Source of the DNA: Candidatus Binatia bacterium
GTDB lineage: Bacteria > Desulfobacterota > Binatia > Bin18
Direction of reading: 5' to 3'
Length of the DNA stretch: 64,000 nucleotides
NCBI GenBank assembly: GCA_963667495.1
Contig: OY763426.1
Span: 4,878,927-4,942,926 of the forward strand
Below the pieces are notes generated by a model. The model was not told where the DNA came from. It worked only from the letters and a program-made list of their open reading frames with translations, and did not search any database. The position numbers were made by a program, and so were the translations under genes. The number at the start of each line of letters is the position of its first letter. The first letter of the stretch is position 1. This document shows positions 18,560-28,599 of this stretch, one piece after another.

Positions 18560-18967
18560 TTATTTATAGCGAATGGCCAAACCAACCAGTTGGAATTCGT
18601 AGTCTGCCCGGCTTCGATAGTCTCGGGCAGTACTCGCCCCGACATGGGCCACTGTTATTTCGTCCTGGAACTCTCCGGCTTTCATCCGCTGCAGGACAAT
18701 GGCCTCTGCCCCTATCGCACACGCCTCACGGTGCAGTGCAGTCTGCATGGCTTCCATGCCCGTACCCGGATTGCCATACGTTTTCACGCGGGCGATCACC
18801 TCGTGGGCTGACGCGGGAGGAGAATCAAGAATAGGAATCGTGCAATTCGTCGTCGTGAATTCGACCGGAATCGCCCCTATCTGTTCAGTCAAAACCAGCG
18901 GTTTTGTCGGGCGACTCGCGCATCCGGTCAGGGCACAACCGACCAGAATCGTCAAAAGAATTTTCAA
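18560..18967 (-). CDS. Small lipoprotein, hypothetical
   Basis: MKILLTILVGCALTGCAS lipobox. 135 aa. A weak RcsF-like impression only. Confidence 0.45.
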   Translation of the reverse strand: MKILLTILVGCALTGCASRPTKPLVLTEQIGAIPVEFTTTNCTIPILDSPPASAHEVIARVKTYGNPGTGMEAMQTALHREACAIGAEAIVLQRMKAGEFQDEITVAHVGASTARDYRSRADYEFQLVGLAIRYK

Positions 18968-19166
18968 GGCTTTTCCGAACAGGACCCCTCGGGTCCTTGC
19001 ATCCTCTACAAAACTAACGGTCTCCTATAGCATACTCGGAAGCATTACTCTACATTTTTTGGCCACGTGCTGTCAAACTATGTTATATTATTACCCCTTC
19101 CTCTCGCGTATAGGGCAGGTGCCGCGGGCGGAAGCATAGAACCGGAAGGGCGAGGAGATTCTTCGT

Positions 19167-20189
19167 ATGGCACAAGTCAGGCCGTTAAAATGGGGTGTTC
19201 TCTTTAATGGAGATAAGCTGACCCTCGATCATATTGTCCGCTTTGCCACGCAAGCGGAAGACGCTGGGGCGGAGAGCATTTGGGCTGCGGAGCTGTGGCG
19301 GGATGCCTTTGTGCCCCTGACTGCCATAGCCAGTGCGGTCCGGACCGTCCGCCTCGGGACGGCAGTCGCCCATTTTGCTCGTCCTCCCATGTTGACCGAG
19401 TTAAGCACAATGTCCCTCGCCGAGTATACCCAAGGGCGTTTCATTTTGGGGCTTGGGACTGCACCGAAAGACTGGAACGAGCAGTGGCACGGCCTGGAAT
19501 ACCGCAAACCCGTTGCTCGGATGCGTGAATATGTCGAGTGTATTCGTACCATGTGGCAGGGCTCACCAACGCGGGCAGTCCAGTACAGCGGAGAATTTTA
19601 TCAAGTTCGCAATTATCAACGCCTTACGGAGCCGGCCCATCCCAGCGTCCCTATTTATCTGGCCGCGGTTCTGCCCAATATGATCCAGCTCTCCGGTGCC
19701 CTGGCCGACGGCATTATCCTCAACGTGCTCAATACGCCTCAATATTTTACGGATATCGTCCATCCAAATCTGAAAAAGGGCTTCAGCCGCAGCGGGCGAG
19801 ACAGAAACGGCTTCGAGATTTGCGCCGTGAAATGCTGCGCGGTGCATACCAACCGTCAGCAGGCACGCGATTTGGCCAGACATGCCGTCGCCTTTTATGC
19901 CACCCTGCCCTATTTCGATGTGATTCTTGACCCCCCAGGCTTTACGCAGGCCAAGCTCGCCATCCGAGACGCGATGAGACGGAATGACGTTGCGGCCATG
20001 CTTGCGGCCGTGAGCGACGATATGATTGATGCCCTGGTCTTAGCCGGGACACCCGATGATGTCCGGCAACAGCTCGCTGCGTTTGACGGTTTGTTTGATA
20101 CGCTGCTCTTGCTCAGCCCTTCTTTTGCCGCCGACCCGGAAGAGGTGCGTCGCAATAACGCCGCAATGATTGCCGCCTTTGCCGAATGA
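19167..20189 (+). CDS. Luciferase-like monooxygenase (LLM class, F420/flavin-dependent oxidoreductase)
   Basis: MAQVRPLKWGVLFNG...AEDAGAESIWAAELW...LGLGTAP. TIM-barrel LLM blocks throughout. Confidence 0.8.
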   Translation: MAQVRPLKWGVLFNGDKLTLDHIVRFATQAEDAGAESIWAAELWRDAFVPLTAIASAVRTVRLGTAVAHFARPPMLTELSTMSLAEYTQGRFILGLGTAPKDWNEQWHGLEYRKPVARMREYVECIRTMWQGSPTRAVQYSGEFYQVRNYQRLTEPAHPSVPIYLAAVLPNMIQLSGALADGIILNVLNTPQYFTDIVHPNLKKGFSRSGRDRNGFEICAVKCCAVHTNRQQARDLARHAVAFYATLPYFDVILDPPGFTQAKLAIRDAMRRNDVAAMLAAVSDDMIDALVLAGTPDDVRQQLAAFDGLFDTLLLLSPSFAADPEEVRRNNAAMIAAFAE

Positions 20190-20227
20190 CGCTATGGAGA
20201 GAGGACACATTGCATGGAGGAGTCACT

Positions 20228-21382
20228 ATGAATACGCAGTTACAACACGACCTGCTCCCGACAGCCACCCACGATGAGTTGGCGCGGCAAAATTTTGTCC
20301 AAAGCCTCAAGGTCCATCTGGCAACCAAAGTCTCGCCCGGTAATAAGGCTATTTACGAGCACAAGGCGGCTCCCCGCTTTGCGCGTGAGCATCAGCGTCC
20401 TCCCCAAGATCGGCACGAAGTCCGCAGCGTCATGCAGGACGAACCCTATTACCAGATGTGGAGCACGCTGCTGCGGACCAGCCAGGAAATGATGTGGGAT
20501 GCGGTCAATGTGAGCGTGGAACGCCAGCTCCCACAGCTACGGGAGCGCGCTGCCACAAACGGAAAGACGCTCGGCTCTCTCACTCTGAATCCGGACTTAG
20601 CCATTCCAGCCTACCACACAGCCGTAGACATTCACTGTCAGCCGGGTGGCTATCATACCGAGTTGGAGCAGGACGACGTAGCCGCCGGAGCGACCTATGA
20701 CCGGGCCGTCTATATTTACGCCATGAGCCGCTTAGGCAGCCTGAACGATGAAATGGGTCAGTCGGTGATGCTGCACCTCAAAGAGCAGCATGCGGACTTC
20801 CGGCCCGCTCGCATCCTGGATATGGGTTGCACCGTCGGGCATAGCACCCTGCCCTATGTTGACGCCTATCCCGAAGCCGAAGTCTTTGCCATTGACGTGG
20901 GCGCACCCGTCCTGCGCTATGCCCATGCACGCGCCGAGGCACTGGGCAAGCGCGTCCATTTTTCTCAGCAGAATGCGGAGCGGACCAATTTCGAGGCGGG
21001 CTCGTTTGACCTTATCGTCTCTCATATTTTGCTGCACGAGACTTCGAGTCAGGCCATTCGCAATATCATGAAAGAGTGCCACCGCTTGTTGCGGCCGGGG
21101 GGCATGATGCTCCACCAAGAGGTGCCGCAATATGAAGGCATGCCACCCTACGAGGCATTTATTCTTGACTGGGACACCTATAACAACAACGAACCCTTCT
21201 GGGGAACGGTGCATTCCATGGACCTCCAAAAGCTGGCCGAAGAGTCCGGTTTTGCCGCACGGGGTGTCATCCAGACGATGATCCCGAGTGCCCTGGAACG
21301 TGCCCAGGCCCGTACCGAGAAATTCCAGGGGGGCGATTTCGGCGGCGGCGGGGCGTGGTTCGTCTTTGGCGCGACCAAATAG
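20228..21382 (+). CDS. Class I SAM-dependent methyltransferase
   Basis: Motif I ILDMGCTVGHST, motif post-I EVFAIDV, FDLIVSHILLHE. Start set at MNTQLQHD. Confidence 0.7.
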   Translation: MNTQLQHDLLPTATHDELARQNFVQSLKVHLATKVSPGNKAIYEHKAAPRFAREHQRPPQDRHEVRSVMQDEPYYQMWSTLLRTSQEMMWDAVNVSVERQLPQLRERAATNGKTLGSLTLNPDLAIPAYHTAVDIHCQPGGYHTELEQDDVAAGATYDRAVYIYAMSRLGSLNDEMGQSVMLHLKEQHADFRPARILDMGCTVGHSTLPYVDAYPEAEVFAIDVGAPVLRYAHARAEALGKRVHFSQQNAERTNFEAGSFDLIVSHILLHETSSQAIRNIMKECHRLLRPGGMMLHQEVPQYEGMPPYEAFILDWDTYNNNEPFWGTVHSMDLQKLAEESGFAARGVIQTMIPSALERAQARTEKFQGGDFGGGGAWFVFGATK

Positions 21383-21394
21383 CAGGAGACCTTC

Positions 21395-21727
21395 ATGCCG
21401 CGCAAAGCAAAAGGCAAGCGCCCGACTTTTTTCAACGACCCCCAGATCGATACGGTTATGGGGATTGTCATGGCCCTGGCCGGCGAGGTCTCTGTGCTGC
21501 GGGAACGCCTCGACAGCGTTGAGCGTCTCGCTGCTGCCAAGGGCCTGTTCACCCAGCACGACATCGAAGCCTATCGTCCGGATGACGCCATTATGGCCGA
21601 ACGGGAACGCTGGCGGGCGGAGTACCTCGAACGGGTCCTACGGGTTGTCCATCAGGAGTTGGAAGAAACCGACAAGGGCGAGACCACGGAATCATACCAA
21701 GCTGCGGTTCGCGCGGTTTCGTCCTGA
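21395..21727 (+). CDS. Hypothetical small protein
   Basis: 110 aa, helical. No family recognised. Confidence 0.35.
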   Translation: MPRKAKGKRPTFFNDPQIDTVMGIVMALAGEVSVLRERLDSVERLAAAKGLFTQHDIEAYRPDDAIMAERERWRAEYLERVLRVVHQELEETDKGETTESYQAAVRAVSS

Positions 21728-21804
21728 CGGCACAGAGAGCACGGGAAAAGGCGACCAACCCGTACCCGTGAATCAGCCCCTGAATCAGAAAGTGCAGGCT
21801 CTTC

Positions 21805-23859
21805 ATGTCCTTCAAACTTGGCGTTGATGTCGGTGGCACGTTTACCGACCTTATCCTTTTTGACGAGGAGAATGGTCGGCAGGTCCGCGCCAAAACTCCG
21901 TCTACCCCCAGCGATCCATCGGTGGGCGTGCTGGCCGGGATTGAGAAAATCTGCCGCTCGGCCAACATCTCGCCCGGCGACATCGCCCAGATTATGCACG
22001 GGACGACCGTGGCAACCAACGCTGTCCTTGAGGGCAAGGGCGCCAAGGTTGGCCTGATTACAACCCAAGGCTTTAAGCAAATCCTCCACCTGGCGCGCTC
22101 CTGGACGCCTGGTCCACTCGCCGGCTGGATGATTATGGAGAAGCCGGACCCGCCCGCGGCCATCGAATACACCCGCGAGGCCATTGAGCGTATCGACACC
22201 CGCGGGCAGGTGGTCACCCCGCTGGACGAGGACGCGTTGCGTGCCGACCTGCAAGATTTGGGTGCCCAAGGAATCGAAGCGCTGACGATTTCCCTCATTA
22301 ATTCGTACGCCAATCAAAGCCATGAAAAGCGCGTCAAAGAGATTGCCCAGGAGGTGCTACCCAACACGCCGATTACCGCTTCGTCGGAAGTCTTGCCGGA
22401 GTTTCGGGAATACGAACGCGCCCTCACCGCGGTGATGAATTCCTACGTGCGGCCGAAAGTCGCCCAGTATATGCGCAGCTTTGCAGATCAGCTCACAGCG
22501 CACGGCCTGAAGGCGGCCGTCAATATTCTCCGTTCTGACGCCGGCCTGATGACCTTGCGTATGGCACAGGAACGACCGGTGTACGCCGTGATGTCAGGCC
22601 CGGCCGGTGGCGTTGCGGGGGCGCTGTATATTGCCAAAAAGGCCGGCTTCCCGCATCTGTTGACCCTCGATATGGGCGGCACGTCCACCGACGTGGCCCT
22701 GTGTCAGGATGGCAGCCAGACGATTTCGCGGGAAACGACCCTGGGCTATTTCCCGATTAAGGTTCCTTCGGTTGATGTCCGCAGTATCGGGGCCGGCGGC
22801 GGCTCCATTGCGCATGTGCCCGAGATTACCAGCGCGCTCCGGGTCGGTCCGCAGAGTGCCGGCGCCGCTCCCGGTCCGGCCAGCTATGGCCAGGGTGGGA
22901 CGGAGCCCACGGTGACAGACGCCAACGTGGTCCTGGGCCATCTGCCCCCCAATCTGCTGGGCGGCGAGATGACGCTGGATACGGAGGCCGCCCACACCGC
23001 GGTCGAGCGTATTGGAAAAAAACTCGGCCTCGATGTATATCAGACCGCCCAGGGCATCCTGGACATCGTGAATGAGAATATGCATGGGGCCTTACGTTTG
23101 GTCTCCGTCCAGCGCGGCTACGATCCACGCAATTTCGCCCTGGCCGCATTTGGCGGCGCCGGGCCGTTGCACGCCAACGCGGTGGCTAAGCTTATTGGCG
23201 CGTTTCCGGTTATCGTCCCCCCCGCACCGGGCATTTTATGCGCAATGGGCGATGTGTGTTGCGACTACCGGGAAGAATTCTCTCGGACCGTCTTCCGCAC
23301 CCTGGATCAGATTACCGCGCCGGAGGTCATTGAGATCCTCGAAGGGCTGAGCGCGGAGGCGACCGGCTGGCTGGAGCAGGAAGGCATCTCTCGACAGCAG
23401 CAGCGGATTTTCTATAACGCCGACATGCGCTACTTCCGCCAGGGCTATGAACTGCCGATGACGACAACACTCGACGAGTTACAAACCAACGGAACGGCGG
23501 CGCTGGCGGAACAATTTCACGCCCTACACGAACAGCTCTACCGTTTTCGTCTGGACGCCGAGTGTGAGATCGTCAACCTTCGTGCGGTCGCCCTCGGCAC
23601 GGGAACGACGTTGCACTGGCCCGAGGGCGAAACGGACGGACCGTCCGCGGCCCACGCCCAAGTTGACGAACACCGGATTTATTTTGACGGCAACTTCTTG
23701 ACCACCCCGATTTATGATCGGGCCAAGCTCACACCGGGCAATCGCCTGCCCGGCCCGGCGATTGTGACCGAGATGGACTCAACGACGGTCGTGTTACCGG
23801 ATTATGCGGCAGAGGTAGATCGCTATGCGAATATTCTGATCCGACCAAGAGAACAGTAA
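21805..23859 (+). CDS. hyuA: Hydantoinase A / oxoprolinase family protein (second copy)
   Basis: MSFKLGVDVGGTFTDLILFD..., full-length family match. Confidence 0.85.
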   Translation: MSFKLGVDVGGTFTDLILFDEENGRQVRAKTPSTPSDPSVGVLAGIEKICRSANISPGDIAQIMHGTTVATNAVLEGKGAKVGLITTQGFKQILHLARSWTPGPLAGWMIMEKPDPPAAIEYTREAIERIDTRGQVVTPLDEDALRADLQDLGAQGIEALTISLINSYANQSHEKRVKEIAQEVLPNTPITASSEVLPEFREYERALTAVMNSYVRPKVAQYMRSFADQLTAHGLKAAVNILRSDAGLMTLRMAQERPVYAVMSGPAGGVAGALYIAKKAGFPHLLTLDMGGTSTDVALCQDGSQTISRETTLGYFPIKVPSVDVRSIGAGGGSIAHVPEITSALRVGPQSAGAAPGPASYGQGGTEPTVTDANVVLGHLPPNLLGGEMTLDTEAAHTAVERIGKKLGLDVYQTAQGILDIVNENMHGALRLVSVQRGYDPRNFALAAFGGAGPLHANAVAKLIGAFPVIVPPAPGILCAMGDVCCDYREEFSRTVFRTLDQITAPEVIEILEGLSAEATGWLEQEGISRQQQRIFYNADMRYFRQGYELPMTTTLDELQTNGTAALAEQFHALHEQLYRFRLDAECEIVNLRAVALGTGTTLHWPEGETDGPSAAHAQVDEHRIYFDGNFLTTPIYDRAKLTPGNRLPGPAIVTEMDSTTVVLPDYAAEVDRYANILIRPREQ

Positions 23860-23861
23860 AG

Positions 23862-24761
23862 ATGAATAATATCTTGAAACGTTTGCAGACGGTTCTTGGA
23901 TCAACGGAATCCTGTCAAGTTCCAGGCTGCGGGAATCCCGTGAACCAGAGAGGACACAAACTGTGCTACAGCCACTATAAGCAGAGAAGGTCCAACACGC
24001 CCGTCGAAAAAAATGGAAGGAGCACCAGGAAGGCCCCACACTCATCCCCTGTGCGGGCATCTAGCCGCAGGAGCGATACGGAGATGCTCACCGCCTCAAA
24101 GCTCGGCAAGGCCCTAGACATACCCAGCGCTCAGGTCAACTTACTCCTGGCCGAGTTGGGCTGGGTCGAGAAGTCCACCGAGGGTTGGAAAGTCACCAGC
24201 CAGGGCGAAAGGCAGGGCGGACGAACCCGAACATTCAAACAGAACGGCACCCCCTATGCTATTTGGCCAGACAGACTGCTCCAGAGCAAAGTTTTTCTCG
24301 CCGCGGTGAACGAGTTCGGCAAAGAGACTTACAAAAAGACTTACAAAGAGACTGCGGAATCTATCGCGGGTCCGCCCGTCGTCGCCGAAAAGCCACACGT
24401 CGCGGACCTCCGCACTCGCTTTCCTGCCAAATATCGAGCCGCCGACGGACATTACGTCCGCTCGCGTGCGGAGCTATCTATTGATAATTGGCTCTACATG
24501 CATGCCATCGTCCACGCCTACGAGCGGAAATTGCCCGTCGAGGAGGATGCCTACTATGACTTCTATCTGCCTCAGGGCAAAGTATATATTGAGTACTGGG
24601 GAATGGAAAAGGACCCGGCTTACGCACAGCGAAAGAAAGAGAAGCAAGTAATCTACGCTCGGTATGGCCTGAACTTGGTCGAGTTGGCGGACGCCGAACT
24701 CGAGAACCTTGACGACAACCTGGCACGGCTCCTGCTCCCCTTCGGCGTTGACTGTACCTGA
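23862..24761 (+). CDS. Zinc-finger plus wHTH-like plus PD-(D/E)XK nuclease-like protein, inserted between hyuA and hyuB
   Basis: Starts 3 nt after the hyuA stop. N-terminal C-x-VPGCG-x9-LCYSHY (HNH-associated zinc-ribbon pattern). C-terminal SRAEL...DFYLPQGKVYIEYWG...KQVIYARYGLNLVEL resembles Vsr/DUF559/DUF2726-type restriction-endonuclease-fold motifs. Confidence 0.5.
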   Translation: MNNILKRLQTVLGSTESCQVPGCGNPVNQRGHKLCYSHYKQRRSNTPVEKNGRSTRKAPHSSPVRASSRRSDTEMLTASKLGKALDIPSAQVNLLLAELGWVEKSTEGWKVTSQGERQGGRTRTFKQNGTPYAIWPDRLLQSKVFLAAVNEFGKETYKKTYKETAESIAGPPVVAEKPHVADLRTRFPAKYRAADGHYVRSRAELSIDNWLYMHAIVHAYERKLPVEEDAYYDFYLPQGKVYIEYWGMEKDPAYAQRKKEKQVIYARYGLNLVELADAELENLDDNLARLLLPFGVDCT

Positions 24762-24836
24762 CGAAACTCCAATGCGCCGGTTAAGAGCTGAATTAGCCTG
24801 ACTGATTCGACCACAAGTATAATCGAGGGAGAATCA

Positions 24837-25040
24837 ATGAACACACAGTTGACCATGGTGTATTGGAAGTCGGATACATTCTGGCTGGGCAAACTCCTCG
24901 AACATCCCGAAATCATGACTCAGGGCGAGACGCTGGAAGAATTGGAAGAAAATCTTAAAGATGCTTACTTGCTGATGGCCATGGATGACGTTCCAGAGGA
25001 CTACCGGATGAAAACAATTCGCTGTGAAGTCCGGACATGA
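24837..25040 (+). CDS. hicB: HicB-family antitoxin
   Basis: WLGKLLEHPEIMTQGETLEELEENLKDAYLLM fits the HicB_lk_antitox pattern. Overlaps hicA by ATGA. Confidence 0.6.
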   Translation: MNTQLTMVYWKSDTFWLGKLLEHPEIMTQGETLEELEENLKDAYLLMAMDDVPEDYRMKTIRCEVRT

Positions 25041-25228
25041 AGCGGAATGAGTTTGTCCGCCGTCTTCTGGCCGAGGGATGCGTTCTACACAGACACGGTG
25101 CCAGGCATGACCTCTATCTCAACCCTTCCACAGGAGAGAAACAGCCGGTGCCGAGACATACAGAGATTGACAACCGTTTGGTCAGGCATATTCGGAAAAA
25201 CCTGGGACTGAAGGACAGCATAAACTAA
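25037..25228 (+). CDS. hicA: HicA-family toxin (YcfA-like mRNA interferase)
   Basis: RRLLAEGCVLHRHGARHDLYLNPSTGEKQPVPRH...RHIRKNLGL matches the HicA consensus (G-[SA]-H ... VP.H ... GL). Confidence 0.65.
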   Translation: MKRNEFVRRLLAEGCVLHRHGARHDLYLNPSTGEKQPVPRHTEIDNRLVRHIRKNLGLKDSIN

Positions 25229-25290
25229 CGTGCTGTAGGCGTAGGTCTCGTTGCCCTTCGCTCATCCGACCTATGTAGAGGAGCAGTGTT

Positions 25291-27180
25291 ATGCGCGATG
25301 TGAAAATTGCTGAGATTCCAGATATCGAGGTCGATCCCGTTACTCTCGACATTATCGAGAGTGCACTCAAGAATTACCGCTATGAAATGGATGCGGTGCT
25401 GTTCCGCACGGCCATGTCACCGGTGATCCGTGAGCAGCACGACGAATTCCCCATGATCTGCGACCCCAACGGCCGGATGGTCGTTGGACAGTTTGGCTCC
25501 TATATCCGGGAGATGATGGAGCGTTTTGACCAGCCGCTCTATCCCGGTGATGTCATTCTGCTCAACGACCCCTATCTGTGCGGGGGGGCTATTTCCCACA
25601 TCAACGACTTTCTCGTGCTGGTGCCCGTCTTTGACGGCGACGAACTCATCGGCTGGACCTCGATGTTCGGCCATCAAATGGACGTGGGCGGCCCGCTGCC
25701 CGGCTCGTTTCCGACCAACGCGACCTCAATCTTTGGTGAGGGACTCCGCATTCCGCCCGTCAAACTGTTTGAAAAAGGAGAACTCAACCAGGCCGTCCTG
25801 GATCTGATTCTGAACAATGTCCGCATCCCGATGATGAACCGCTCGGACCTCATGGGGATTGTGGCTGGCTGTAAAACCGCTGAGCAGCGTGTACGGGAAC
25901 TGTGTGAGCGTTTTGGGCGGGATATCTATCTGGCCGCCTGCCAGGCATTACTGGACCGGACCTATCGGGCCGTCCAGACCCTCATCCAGCGCAATATCCC
26001 GACTGAGCCCCAGTCCTTCGAGGACTATATTGATGATGACGGGCTCGGCAACGGCCCGTTCAAAATGAAACTCACCATCTGGCGTGAGGGCGACAAGGCG
26101 ATTTTCGATTGGACCGGCACCGACCCGCAGGCGGTTGGGCCGATCAATTTCTATCTCAATCCGGGCATGTTCAAGATGTTCATCGGCGTCTACCTCATCA
26201 TGGTCTACGACCCCCAGATTCTGTTTAACGACGGCTTTTACGATCTGATAGACGCCCGCATGCCGGACGGCTCCCTCCTCCATCCGAAATTCCCCGCTCC
26301 GCTGGGCTGCCGCACCCATGCCCTGGCCCGCCTGTTTGATGTCATGGGCGGCTGTCTCGGCCAGCAGAGCCCGGAACTGACAACTGCGGCCGGCTACGGC
26401 ACCAGCCCTCACTTGCTGTACAGCGGCAACGATAAGGATGACAACTTCTTCTTTATTATGGAGATTGGCTATGGCGGCATTCCGGGCCGACCGATTGGGG
26501 ACGGTATGGATGGTCACTCCTGGTGGCCGCTCTTCACCAATATTCCAACCGAATACCTCGAAAGCTATTGCCCCCTGCGCGTGGATCGCTATTCGTCCGT
26601 CATCGACTCCGGCGGAGCCGGTTTGCATCGGGGCGGGAACGGCATCGACAAATGGTACACCTTTCTCGAACCGGGCGAGATCGCCATTCACGACGACCGC
26701 TGGCTGACTCCCCCCTGGGGGATTCTCGGGGGCAAACCGGGGATGCGCTCGACGAAAATTCTGGTCCACACCGATGGAACCCGAACCGTCCTGCCCTCAA
26801 AATGCGACCAGATCAAAGTCGAACCGGGCGACCAGCTCATCTTCCAAACCGCAGGCGGCGGTGGCTGGGGCGACCCGCTGGAACGCGACATCGAAAAAGT
26901 CCGGGTTGATGTCGTGCGCGAGTTGGTGTCCGTGAAAAAAGCTGCCTCCGATTACGGTGTGGTGTGCGACCCAGAAACATCTGAAGTGGACGAGGAGGCC
27001 ACCCAAGCGTTGCGGCAGCGCATGAAGGAGAGCCGGGGCGAGCTACAGACGTTCGATTTTGGTCCGCCACTCCAAGAACTCCTGGCACGCTGTAAAGAGG
27101 AGACTGGGCTGGAGCCGCCCACGGCTCCCAGCTTACCACCCGGCTGGGAAACAAACGGGGTGAAGAAAGTCGCGGCCTGA
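25291..27180 (+). CDS. hyuB: Hydantoinase B / oxoprolinase family protein (second copy)
   Basis: ILLNDPYLCGGAISHINDF, GLRIPPVKLFEKG. Full-length family match. GAGGAG SD upstream. Confidence 0.85.
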   Translation: MRDVKIAEIPDIEVDPVTLDIIESALKNYRYEMDAVLFRTAMSPVIREQHDEFPMICDPNGRMVVGQFGSYIREMMERFDQPLYPGDVILLNDPYLCGGAISHINDFLVLVPVFDGDELIGWTSMFGHQMDVGGPLPGSFPTNATSIFGEGLRIPPVKLFEKGELNQAVLDLILNNVRIPMMNRSDLMGIVAGCKTAEQRVRELCERFGRDIYLAACQALLDRTYRAVQTLIQRNIPTEPQSFEDYIDDDGLGNGPFKMKLTIWREGDKAIFDWTGTDPQAVGPINFYLNPGMFKMFIGVYLIMVYDPQILFNDGFYDLIDARMPDGSLLHPKFPAPLGCRTHALARLFDVMGGCLGQQSPELTTAAGYGTSPHLLYSGNDKDDNFFFIMEIGYGGIPGRPIGDGMDGHSWWPLFTNIPTEYLESYCPLRVDRYSSVIDSGGAGLHRGGNGIDKWYTFLEPGEIAIHDDRWLTPPWGILGGKPGMRSTKILVHTDGTRTVLPSKCDQIKVEPGDQLIFQTAGGGGWGDPLERDIEKVRVDVVRELVSVKKAASDYGVVCDPETSEVDEEATQALRQRMKESRGELQTFDFGPPLQELLARCKEETGLEPPTAPSLPPGWETNGVKKVAA

Positions 27181-27257
27181 CCCTTTGTCTTTACCCTGTT
27201 CCTAAGGAAGAGAATGAAGGTCAGGGACATCGAGCACTCGCCTGTCATTCGAGACCA

Positions 27258-27764
27258 ATGATAGCCCTCAACGCTTCTCCTGTTGGTTTGCATCGAAAGG
27301 CCTGGCGTGTGTTCGTCCTCGCCTTCTTCCTTCTCTTTTCCTGTGACCAACTCCGTACCCAGCCGTTGACCGGACACCGCGACATTGCAGCCGCTCTCCG
27401 ACCGTTGCTGGACCTGGGATATGCCGGACTGGATTATCCGACCTACCATGCCGAGTTCCAGGCGTTTCAAACCGTCGTGCAGCAAAAGATAGAGGAAACG
27501 CCCCACGAAATGCGGCCGTACGTCGAGACCATCATGACCTATCTGCACGTCGCAGACAAAGTGCTGGAGTGGCACGCGCAACAGCACACAGAACAGCCCC
27601 CGCAGCTCACCACCTGGATAACACACCATCCATTTCTGAAGGCCGCCCTAGGTGCCCGGCTCGAAGCGCCGCATGTCTTTGATGTGGAAACCGCACTCCA
27701 GCTCCTGTTTGAAAAAACGGACCAGACCCTGGTGGCCATGCAGGTGAAAAACAAACCCATATAA
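27258..27764 (+). CDS. Hypothetical protein with N-terminal hydrophobic segment
   Basis: 168 aa, VFVLAFFLLFSC signal-like region. No family recognised. Confidence 0.35.
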   Translation: MIALNASPVGLHRKAWRVFVLAFFLLFSCDQLRTQPLTGHRDIAAALRPLLDLGYAGLDYPTYHAEFQAFQTVVQQKIEETPHEMRPYVETIMTYLHVADKVLEWHAQQHTEQPPQLTTWITHHPFLKAALGARLEAPHVFDVETALQLLFEKTDQTLVAMQVKNKPI

Positions 27765-27795
27765 TCGCAGCATCACAAAAAGCGAGGAGAGACCT

Positions 27796-28551
27796 ATGGG
27801 AAAGCTCGACAATAAAATCGCCCTCATCACCGGCTCAAGCAGTGGGATTGGAAAAGCGGTCGCCATGGCCTTTGCCACAGAGGGGGCCGACTTGGCCCTC
27901 AATTACCCGAATGACTCCCAGGCCGATAACGCTGCGGCGGTACAACGCGAGATTGAAGCCCTTGGCCGTCGAGCTATCGCCATCCGGGCGGACGTTTCCC
28001 AGGAAGACGAGGTGCAGCACCTCGTTGATACCACGGTACAGACCTACGGCCGCATCGACATTCTGGTCAACAACGCCGGGATTGCCTCTGCCGCAACCGT
28101 TGGGGACATGCCGGTTTCCATGTGGGACCAGATGTTAGCGGTCAACCTGAGAAGTGTCTTTCTGTGTACGCGCCTGGTCTTACCGCTGATGTATAAACAG
28201 GACTACGGAAAAATTATCAGCACCGCCTCGCAACTCGCCTATCTCGGCTCGCCCGGCCTGAGTCATTATTGTGCGGCCAAAGCCGCCATCATTGCGTTTA
28301 CCCGCTCGCTGTCACGTGAGATCGGAACCCGTAATATCAATGCGAATTGCGTCGGCCCCGGCGCAACACAAACTCCAATCCTCCAGGGCATCAGCAGCGA
28401 GGCTCTGGAGGCCATTCGGGCCAGTATTCCCAAAGGCCATCTGGCAACGGTTGACGATATTGCACCGACCTATGTCTTTCTGGCCTCTGACGAATCGAGC
28501 CACTATGTCGGGCAATGCCTCAGCCCCAATGGTGGAGATATCATGCTCTAA
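27796..28551 (+). CDS. SDR-family oxidoreductase (FabG-like)
   Basis: TGSSSGIG Rossmann motif, NNAG, catalytic S...YCAAK. Confidence 0.85.
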   Translation: MGKLDNKIALITGSSSGIGKAVAMAFATEGADLALNYPNDSQADNAAAVQREIEALGRRAIAIRADVSQEDEVQHLVDTTVQTYGRIDILVNNAGIASAATVGDMPVSMWDQMLAVNLRSVFLCTRLVLPLMYKQDYGKIISTASQLAYLGSPGLSHYCAAKAAIIAFTRSLSREIGTRNINANCVGPGATQTPILQGISSEALEAIRASIPKGHLATVDDIAPTYVFLASDESSHYVGQCLSPNGGDIML

Positions 28552-28599
28552 ATTCGCGTCCCTTGCTCCTCCCCACTGCCGCCTATAGACTCAGCCGCC

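Noticed and set aside
18968-19166. AT-rich box (TTATATTATTACC) and the GGACCC-CTC-GGGTCC hairpin in the divergent intergenic region
   Set aside because: Probably promoter and 5' UTR elements for the divergent lipoprotein and luciferase-like monooxygenase genes. A -35/-10 pair could not be assigned with confidence, so it was not reported as a feature.
20732-22323. Several 220-275 aa minus-strand ORFs
   Set aside because: They overlap the methyltransferase gene and the second hyuA on the opposite strand. The genuine genes carry clear family signatures.
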